Below the pieces are notes generated by a model. The model ran no database searches. It saw nothing but the letters and a program-made list of their open reading frames with translations, and was not told the DNA's origin. DNA of 64,000 nucleotides from Octopus sinensis (Eukaryota). Below, in pieces: positions 14,872 to 24,679 of the stretch. The stretch lies in contig NC_042999.1 in the NCBI RefSeq assembly GCF_006345805.1, positions 144,274,001 to 144,338,000 on the forward strand, read 5' to 3'. Positions within the stretch are counted from its first letter, which is position 1. Every line of letters begins with the position of its first letter. The translations under genes were made by a program, and so were the position numbers.

Positions 14872-16045
14872 CTATGTATGTATGTATGTGTGTATGTATG
14901 TATATATATATATGTGTGTGTGTGTGTCCAAAAATGTGTATGCATATACACATATGTGTGTGTGTGTGTAGCTATATAATTACATAAGCAAGCATACATA
15001 TGTATATAACCATTTAGACATACATACATGGACATGTATACACATATATATTCAAACATATATACACACACATATAGACACGTAAATATATATGTACATG
15101 TATGCATAGATACATATACATATGTACATAAATGCATAGATACATACACATATATACATAAATGCATAGATACATACACATATATACATAAATGCATAGA
15201 TATATACATCATCATCACATAAATATATATATATATATATTATATATATATATACACATATACATAAATATATACACATATGAATAAATACATACACACA
15301 TATGCATAAATGCATACATATATATGCATAAAGGCATACATATATAGGCATAAATGAATACATAGATATGAATAAATGAATACACATATATACAAAAATG
15401 CATAGACATATATAAATAAACACACATACAGATTCATACATATAGATACATACACATTCATACATATACACACATACACATTCATACATATACACATTCA
15501 TACATAAACACACATATATACACAAACAACACACAAATAAAGACATATATAAACACACACATTCATACATGTATAGGTAAAATAGCACAAACAGAATGAG
15601 GGAAATAAGAGACAGACAGTCAGACAACACAAGAGCTTACCATAGGTAGACAAAATACCCAAAGGTGGTGGATAGACAGTAAACACAAAACGAATTAACA
15701 ATATAAGCGGTGCAGAGTGAACTGTATGCCAAAAATATAGGAAAAGTAGACTAGCATTTTGGGTGACACACACACACATGTATATGTACAAACATATATA
15801 CATACACATATGCATGCCTATATATACAAGCATATATGTGTATATATATATACATATAAATATATACACACACATATACATAGACATACATATGTATGTA
15901 TGCATATATATATATATGCACACACATACATACATAAATAGACATACATATGCATGTATATATATATACACACACACATACACATATATACATCTTTGTG
16001 TGTATGTACGATTTATGTATGTATATATATATATATATAATAACA
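14625..16045. repeat. Compound (TA)/(CA)/(TACA) microsatellite block with 30-bp subrepeats at 15090-15210
   Basis: Directly visible; it generates the spurious IY/HT-repeat ORFs. Confidence 0.97.
15641..15721 (-). CDS. Candidate 81-nt cassette exon (V-HSAPLILLIRFVFTVYPPPLGILSTY-G)
   Basis: Acceptor cttttcctatatttttggcatacag, donor G|gtaagc, symmetric phase 1 to 1, open frame. Unique-sequence island inside a microsatellite block. Confidence 0.45.
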
Positions 16046-16227
16046 AATGAATAAATGAAGAATGAAGGAAAGAAAAATAAATAAATAAATAAATAAACCA
16101 GTCAAATAAAATTATGAATTACTGCAACCCTAATGAACCACCAGTCTGGGGAGGAAATCAAGTACATGATGCAGAAGTAAGACCTATATTTCGTACTAAT
16201 TGCATTGGTAGGAGTAGATCAATCATC

Positions 16228-16247
16228 TCAATATTTCATCTTGCCAC
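16228..16247 (-). CDS. Candidate alternative terminal exon, coding part (G-GKMKY-stop)
   Basis: Strong acceptor tttgatttctgtttacag 267 nt after the donor at 16514; phase 1 gives GGKMKY then TGA. Confidence 0.4.
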
Positions 16248-16514
16248 CTGTAAACAGAAATCAAATATTTGGCCACCAACATTTGACTAATTGTTTAAAA
16301 AGATTATATAAAAAAAATTAAAAGGGTGGGTTGATAAGAGCCACAATATGTACCAATAGGGAATGATATGATATTGTAATAGAGCTGTGTGTTAGGAAGC
16401 AGTTAGCTAAGTAGAAGAGAGAAGCAGAAAATAAAGAGGCAAGGTACAGTCCCATTAGTTAGGTGAGATTTTAGTATATTATAAGCAGTGACAGCAGTAT
16501 TCAGAGATTTTTAC

Positions 16515-16616
16515 CTCCCAAACTGGAGAGGGAGCTAGCCAAACTGCTGCTGCCAAGCCGCTGGGTGGAATCTTCAGGATGATCAGGAACATGCTTGGAA
16601 GTGTTGGAGCGCTTAC
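16515..16616 (-). CDS. BMP2K: Probable NAK kinase exon (G-KRSNTSKHVPDHPEDSTQRLGSSSLASSLSSLG-G)
   Basis: GC-rich island in AT-rich intron. Acceptor catcttgcag, donor gtaaaa, 102 nt, phase 1 to 1, in frame with exon 35920. No recognised homology, so support is splice signals, phase and composition. Confidence 0.7.
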
Positions 16617-17349
16617 CTGCAAGATGTTCACCAGAGGATGTAAGTGGGTAATTATATATACAAGTATACATACAGCTAGTTTACATCATTAAAATTTTTT
16701 TTTTGTTTTTTAACATGTGCACACACATACATACATACACACACACACTGAGTAATAAATACACAGTTTTATATACACACACATATGCACATATAGGGAT
16801 ACACATTCACAAGTTTACTCACAGCAAAGTTTAAAAAAGATCAAAACACTAGTAGTGGCGATATTACTATGAAGATACATTCACCACTCAAAAATATGTT
16901 CATTTCCAATAAAGAAACTACACAATACAAAAAGCTTTAATTACTCAAACTAGTTAATATATAAATATTTTCTAAAACTTTAAAAAATATCAAAATAAAT
17001 TAATTTTCTGTATTCTATAGAAGAATCTAGACAGAGTACAACAGTATCAATTTATTTTTAATAGTGCACATGGTAATACATGGATCTCAGGATATACAGC
17101 AAAGATGACACCCACAGCAAGAAGGGCAGTCGCTAATGAAGATTACAGCAGTAGCAGAGCCTTAGACATCATATCTTATTCACTCCTACATAAAACAAAT
17201 ATCTTCCAAAATACTAGAGTAAACACAATCTTCTTTACAAAATTCTGATCAAACTATATATATATCAGGAAGGAAAAATCAATCATTTCGTCTCACTCAT
17301 AAAGGTATCTACGTTCAACTTTCATTTGGTATCAGGTGATATAATTTAC

Positions 17350-20310
17350 CTTCTTGTACACAGGTACTCAAACAAATGGAACCCAGTTTGTAGATAAATA
17401 TTTGCAGCTCCCTTTTACTTTTCCCATCTTATTCTCCTCTCAGTTGCCTTCCCATGCTAACACTACTTTACGTTACATAATTCATTTAAATCATCTCTTT
17501 CATCAATTTCTCACTCACACCAAACAACATAAACTCCACTCACTCCTCCATTCCATCACACCTGCTGCCCTACCCCAACTCCTCCCCTATCCTTTCTCCC
17601 TGGTACACTCCCTCACCAACCCATGCGTCCCTCCCAACCCACCACCCACATACCCCTCATCCCCTCCCTCCCAGCCTTCCACTACCCCACCACCCCTCCT
17701 ACTTCTATCCCATTCACCCCTTCTTCACTTCAGTCTGTTGCTACCATTCCTCCAGATCTTCCTCTCTCTGAGGCAGAGCGCTCCCTCCTCAGTAGGGGAC
17801 TGAGCTTCATATTCCTCACTCCATCCAGCAATGAATTTCGGACTCATGCTGATATCTGCAGCTTTGTACACAGCGTTAGGTTGTGTGAGCTTTTTCATGA
17901 CACTCCATCTGCATCTATTGAGAAAGACTGCTTCACCAACCTGAGCTGCCAACTATTCCAGTGGATGCCAGCTCCTGGCCAGTTCCAAGCAGTCAATCTT
18001 TTTGTGGGTGCCTGCCAGCATGCTATGGACTGGTTTGACTTTTCCAAGTGTCCTTGACATCTGAACATCTCCCCAGCTAAACTCTCAGCCCTTCGATGTC
18101 TTCGACGCCACATGAACATCATCAGAAAACCAGTCGACAAGGATGGAGCCATGGTGGTGTGGCACGTGGACCTCTACAAGGCTGAAGCTCTCCGCCAACT
18201 TCAAGACACCTCCCTCTACAGCCCTCTGCCTTTCAACTCCATACCCAGCTACCAACAGACTATGTCCTCCACTGTCCATGACCTCATCTCTTCCTCCCGT
18301 CTCTCCCCACTGCCTCTAACCTCATGGTCTGCACCCCTCACACTCCCACGATTTACTTCCTCCCCCAAATCCACAAACCTAATAACACTGGCCGTCCCAT
18401 CGTCTCTGCCTGCAACTGCCCCACCAAACTCATCTCCAGATATCTTGACCATGTCCTTGCCCCCCTAATGTCCTCCCTCCCCTCTCACATTCATGACACC
18501 AACCATGTTCTTTGTTCAACTCTTTCTCCTTCCCTCCTGGCCCATCTAAACTTCTCTTCACTATTGACATCAAGAGTCTATACACGGTGATGCCTCACCA
18601 CAAGGGGCTGCATGCACTCCAACATTTCCTTGACCTTCAACCCAACCCCCAGCCTGACACATCCACACTCCTTCGTGTGGCCGAACTTGTCCTCTCACTT
18701 AACTGCTTCTCGTTTGCGGGTAATTTTACCAGCAGATTTTGGGGGTGGCAATGGGAACAAGAATGGGCCCCAACTATGCAAACCTGTTCATTAGCTACGT
18801 TGAAGCCAAAATATTCTCAAGTTTCACTGGTCCCACTCCTGAACTATACGGTTGTTATATTGATGACTGTATCGATGTGACCGCACTCTCCCGTGAACAT
18901 CTAGACTCCTTCCTCTCTTTTGTCAAATCTTTCCATCCTCAGTTGCCTTTCTCAACATTTCAGTCAGCATTCATCACTCCACTCTCACCACCTCCATCAA
19001 CAACAAACACACAGACTCACACTCTCACTTCTACTTCTCCTCCTCCCACCCTAAACACACCAAGCTCTTCATCCCCTTTTCCCAATCCTCCATCTACGCA
19101 GGCTCTGCAGTGACAACTATGACTTTGAGACTCAGTCTCAACTCAAGGCTCGCCACTTCACCCTATGTGGATATCCCCTCACATTTCATGGACATTCCAG
19201 AGCACATTCCGTGGACCATGCATCTGCTCTCTCCCCTACACCTGCCCCACTGTCACCCATCTCCCCTCACCACCCCACCACCCTACCTCTCAAATGCACC
19301 ATTCGCCAAGCCTTCTGGCAACTCCAGTCCGACCCCTCCACATGCACATCTCCCCTCCTTCAAACAAGCCCACAACCTATGAGACCTCTAGGTTGACAGC
19401 TTCTTCCCTAACTCAATCTCCCCCTGCTCCCGCCCATGCACCCATCATTGACTCTATCATATCACTGACTCCTTCACCTGCACTTCTAGCAACGTCATCT
19501 ACTGCAACTCCTGCTCTCTCTGTCCTTCTCTATACATAAGTCAAACAGGACGCCACTTAGCTGACCGGTTTGCGGAATACCTCCGAGACATCAGACTTGG
19601 CAACGACATGCCGGTCTTGTGCCATTTCTGCTCTGCTGGTCACTCTTTACATGTCTGTGTTTGGATTATCCTTGCACAGGGGCCATCCAGACTCCCATCT
19701 TCACTGTGAGCAGGGATTAATCTTCTCCCTTCACTCCTTTGCACCACATGGGCTCAACTCTCCTCCTCACTTCATCTAACTCTCCTCCTCTCTCCTCTCA
19801 CACCTATTTCTTCCACCCACCTCTCCTCTCTTGCTCTGGCACCTACTTCCTCTCTTCACTCCCTTCCACCCTCTCCCTTCATCGTCACCCTCCCCTCGTT
19901 ACCCCACCCTACACATTCCAACTCCACCATCCCTATACATCCCATGCCCCCACTCCATCCCTTAGACCACACCCTAGCTTCCCCATTCCCACCTCCCCAC
20001 ACCCCAACACCACCACACTACATCACACACCACCCTGCACATACTAGCACTGACCAATTCCCAGTACCTTCCCACGCACCTTCATTTTGGGATCACCACT
20101 ACTTTATTATCTCCCCTTCTTCCTAGCTTTCCTGTGTGACCCTAGCTTTCACCATGATAGATCGTTAGCCACTGAACCTTTTTCTATTTTCTCTCCCTGT
20201 TTATTTCTGTGTTCCTTTCTGTCAAAGAGCATAGGCTCAAAATGTAAAAGGCTTTCTCACTTCCAGAGCATTAAACTAATACATCTATTTGTTGTTGTTT
20301 TTTTTGTAAA
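17350..20310 (+). mobile_element. Decayed Penelope-like retroelement (RT plus GIY-YIG endonuclease), antisense to host gene
   Basis: Frameshifted fragments YFLPQIHKPNNTGRPIVS, TIDIKSLYT, GVAMGTRMGPNYANLF and YIDD; GIY-YIG region FTCTSSNVIYCNSCSLCPSLYISQTGR near 19470-19600; hammerhead relic at 20215-20250. Confidence 0.92.
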
Positions 20311-20461
20311 TTCTCACTATATATGATGACTAAGACAAAAATAGTGATGATAATGATATGGAGCAAAATGAAAAAAATTTTTTATCAATATCATCATCAT
20401 CCTCTGGATTGGACAGAGTTTACTCATCACAAGAGCAAGCAAAAGATCCCCAAAATGTTCA

Positions 20462-20467
<6 letters not shown>

Positions 20468-20543
<76 letters not shown>
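20468..20543. repeat. Pure (TA)n microsatellite
   Basis: Uninterrupted AT dinucleotide run. Similar runs occur at about 27240-27300, 35660-35710, 47558-47610 and 49210-49265. Confidence 0.97.
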
Positions 20544-20549
<6 letters not shown>

Positions 20550-20569
20550 TGTGTATCCAAATATACATT

Positions 20570-20958
20570 ATCATTATTTAACATCTGTTGTCCATGCCGG
20601 CATGGGTTGAACGGTTTGACTAGGCTGGCACACTTGAAGGCTACCCCAGACTCCAGTCTCATTTGGTATGGTTTTCTACAGCTGAATGCCTGCCTACTAT
20701 CAACCACTCTGAGAGTGTAATGGGTGCTTTTACGTGTCACCAGCATGGGTGCCATTTGTGCAACACCAAGGTGTTTATGTGTCACTGACATGGGTGCCAT
20801 TTTGTGTGACACCAGTATCTGGAAGGGACTTTGCACCAGCCACAGATTTGGTCTGTAGCACTCAGCAAGCTATTTCAGTTGAAAAATATATCTCATTCGG
20901 TCACATTCCATGAGTATATCTTGGTCATCCTATGAACTTTTCAGCTGACCCTTGTATG

Positions 20959-21003
<45 letters not shown>

Positions 21004-21420
21004 ACATATATGTGCATATGTGTGTGTATGTATACATATATGTGCATGTGTGTATGTATACATATATGTGCATATGCATGTGTATCATTGTCGTCATCAT
21101 CATCATTTAAAACGTCCACTTTCTATGCTGGCACGGGTGGGATGGTTTGAAAGAAACCAGCCAGGCGGAAGCCTGCACTTGACTACTGTGTCTGTTTTGG
21201 CACAGGTTTTACAGTTGGATGCCCTAACACCAACCACCCAACAGAATGAACTGAGTGTTATTTACATGGCACAGGCATAGGCGAGGTCAGTTTTGGCAAA
21301 GTTTTTTACAGCTGCACGCCCTTCCAAATGCCAACCACTTTATAGTGTAGACTGGATGCTTTTGAAGTGGCATCTGCACTGACAGGGTTACCAAGTAACT
21401 TGCAAGACAAAATCATTTGA
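20570..21420 (-). mobile_element. Two RTE-tailed SINE fragments separated by a (TA/CA) microsatellite
   Basis: catcatttaa(a)cgtcc/atct...catgc tails at about 20570 and 21095. Confidence 0.7.
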
Positions 21421-21659
21421 GAGGGGGAGGGGCACTGGAGAAGGTGATCTTGTGTCAGATGATGAAAGGTTATAGTGAGACAGAAAGACAGAAACAGGCA
21501 TCTTGCTGTAGAGGAGGTACGTGGTTACTTGGCCGAAGAGAGAGAAAGAGATCTGGAATGAGGACATAAACAGCTGTGCTGTCATAAGGAGATACATGTG
21601 TGAGTATTACACACACAAATATATATGCATACATACATACATGTACACACACACATATA

Positions 21660-22560
21660 TTGGGTTATCACATAAATAATGCGTTTTTTTCAATTGCATG
21701 AACTAAAAGTCGGAGGGGGTGGGATAAACTACTTGCATCAACTTGCTATAAAAGCAGGTAGTAATTTTTACCTTGTCTTTATTCTTAGTGCAAGTTTTGA
21801 AGAGTGCAATTCTATTTTAACAGATATTTTTCCAAAGTTATAATGGAAGTGATAAAGGAGCATATTCAGCATATTTTGCTTTATGAGTTCAATAAAGCAA
21901 CAACACAACAGAAAGTGTAGGGAATATTAATGTAGTATATGGAGAGCAGACAATAAGTATAAGTCAATGTCAACGGTGGCTACAGAAATTCCAAGCCAGA
22001 AACTACAGCCTAGAAGATGAGCCTTGTCCTGGAAGATCTGTAGAGCTTGACAAGGACATCCTGCAAACCTTGGTGAAACAAAATCCCATCGTAACTGTTG
22101 AACAAGCAGAGAAGCTTGGATCTGGTCATTCAACCATTCATTGACAGCTGCATGCCATCAGAAAAGTCAGCAAATTGGGTAATGGGTTCCTCACAAACTT
22201 TCCAAGTCTAATCATGCACAACGAGTGATTGTATGCCCTTCTTTGCTGTCACGTCTCATGAATGAACCATTTTTGGACCTAATAGTGACTGGTAACAAGA
22301 AATAGGTTCTCTATAAAAATGTCAAGCACCAAAGACAGTGGGTAGGGAAAGGAGAAACACCAGCACCCCAGGCTAAAGAAGGTTTTCACCCACATAATGT
22401 GTTGTTATCTGTTTGATGGGAAATGAAAGATTTAGTCCACTTTGAACTTTTAAATCCAAACCAAACAATAACAAAGGTGATCTACTGCATGCAGCTTGAG
22501 CCGCTTAAGTCAGTGCCAGAAGGAAAACAATCATCTTTGGTTTCAAGACGAAAGTTATTC
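21660..22560 (+). mobile_element. Mariner transposon, 5' half (transposase pseudogene)
   Basis: TA followed by TIR-like ttgggttatcacataaataatgcg; ATG at 21843 (MEVIKEHIQHILLYEFNK); degenerate WVPHKL, IVTG and VHFELL motifs with stops. Right end not found. Confidence 0.85.
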
Positions 22561-23592
22561 TAAGGACCTTATGTTTAACTTAGCAAAGACTAAGGTTCTA
22601 GTAAGCAAGAAAACTGATAGGACCGTACCCCCATCATGTTCAATTTGTAAGAAAGGTGTAGGCAGGAACACCATATGATGTACCCAGTGTCAGCTATGGA
22701 CACACAAGATGTGCTGTGGATTAATAGAAAGGTTATCAAAGAAGATAGTTTTTGTAAGTGGAAGATGCACAAGTTCCATAAAAATTTTAGAGACTCACGA
22801 AATTGATTCTCTCAAATGCCCTAATAGCTCATTAGAGGTAGTGGATAATTTCTGTTACCTAGGGGACCAAATTAGTAGTGAGAGGGAATGCACAGAGAGT
22901 GTGTTAGCTAAAATAAGAATAGGACGGAGGAAATTCAGAGAGCTGTTATCTCTGTTGGCCCCGAAAAGTTTCTCTCTCAAAATGAAAAGAAGATTGTATG
23001 ATGCATGTATACAGACAACAATGCTACATGGTAAACAGGTGTAGACCCTGAATGCAGAGGGCATATGAAAGTTAAGAAGGAATGAGGCTAGTCAGTTCTG
23101 CTAGATATGTAATGTGAGTATACATGTTCAATAGAGTGCTAGTGTTCTAAGAGAGAAGTTGGGCATAAGAGGAATTGTGCTGGTTTGGTCATGTGATACA
23201 GATGGATGCTGACAGCTCCATAAAGAAGCGCCAATCTCTCAAAGTGGATAGAACACATGGAAGTGGGTAACCCAAGATGTGGGAAGAAGTACATAAGAAC
23301 AACTTCAGGATACTGAAACTTTCGGGCAAGATACATAGTGCCTTGCTGTACTCAAGAAGACCCATACTCTGCAGCAGAAGTGTTAAGACAGATACTTTTC
23401 ATGGTGTATAACACTCATTGTGGTGCCAAATAACGCACCCATGCAGTGTGCTACATAAAAGCACACAGGACACTCTGGAATCCAGCCGTAAAAAACATGC
23501 CAAGTTAGATTGGAGTCTGGTGCAGCTCCCCAGCATGCCAGCTCTGGTCAAACCATGCCAGCATAGACAACAGACATTAGATGATGATGATG
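22560..23592 (+). mobile_element. 5'-truncated RTE LINE with (GAT)n tail
   Basis: KTKVLV...CSIC...LEVVDNFCYLG...LYDAC, typical of the RTE RT C-terminus; ends in the shared ccagcat...gatgatgat tail. Confidence 0.85.
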
Positions 23593-23684
23593 AAGTTGGT
23601 GATTATATATGTGTGTGTGTATGTATACACACATATACATATATACATACATAGGTAGATGGATAAATATGAATGATGATGATG

Positions 23685-23718
<34 letters not shown>

Positions 23719-23907
23719 TATATATAGATGGATGGATGGATATGAAAATATATATATAAAGAGAGTAACCACATCAAAGTGGCAGATTAATATTACTACA
23801 AGTCTAAACCCAAGCAGATTTTCTGCCAGCTGGTTTTTGGTGCAATTTCTGCACACTCTATATACAATATATTGCTAGCAGGGAGAGCGAATCCTTACTA
23901 CTCTCCA

Positions 23908-23970
23908 GCAGCTGACACGATTGCGGGACTGGCCCAGTTTCGAGCTATTTGGCTCACATCAGCTGCGTGC
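23908..23970 (-). ncRNA. Type I hammerhead ribozyme motif (A9U core variant)
   Basis: Minus strand reads GCAC-GCAG-CUGAUGU-GAGC(CAAAUA)GCUC-GAA-ACUG(GGC)CAGU-C/CCGC-AAUC-GUGU. Stems I, II and III, the GAAA and a GUC cleavage triplet (cut 23927/23926) are all in canonical order. Confidence 0.75.
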
Positions 23971-24679
23971 ACCTGTGCAATAGAGTGATAAGTAAGATCC
24001 ACTTCTGCCAGCAATATATTGTAAATCAACTGACCATCAGTCACTGATTTGCAACAAGCAAAATAGTTAGTTATAAAATCTCAAGAGGTAGAATAGTAAC
24101 ATATAATATACAGTAAAGCGAGGAGCCAATATATATATATATAGATGGCTAGATAGATATGAAAGAATATATATTTGTATATATATACATAAATGGATAA
24201 ATATGAAAAGATACGTATACACATACACAAAGGTGGATAGGTAGATATGAAAAGAGAATAAATATATATATATATACATGAATGGGGTGTTGGGGGGGGG
24301 CTGATGGAGGAGTAGCACCTTTGTAGGAAGACAGATGCCTCGCCCTCCGCGGGTGGTCTGACTACCTTGGTCCTTACATCAGCCTCAGCTCGTACATATG
24401 GCTCCTAGTAGCTGCCAAGCACAGCAGCGGCCACACCCCAGGCAACAGCATCGCCTCGCCATCCAAACTATGTACGGGTACTCATCTGGTGGACTCCTGT
24501 TGGGGATGGGGAAAACCATTCTCCCTTGTGTCAAGTGGTCACCAGCCTTCTGTTAAAGGGCGTTCGAACTGGGACATGGTAGTCAAGAGTCTTTCAGGGC
24601 AGTAGAACTGTCATGAAAGTTCAGGGATCTGAACCCTGGGGCAGAAAGATGCTAATGACCTACAGCACTATAGTCGTTT

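Noticed and set aside
14555-16050. Many ORFs of IY/HT/CV repeats (also at 20.3-21.3, 23.5-23.9 and 47.2-47.8 kb)
   Set aside because: They are translations of TA/CA microsatellites, which lack stop codons; there is no coding evidence.
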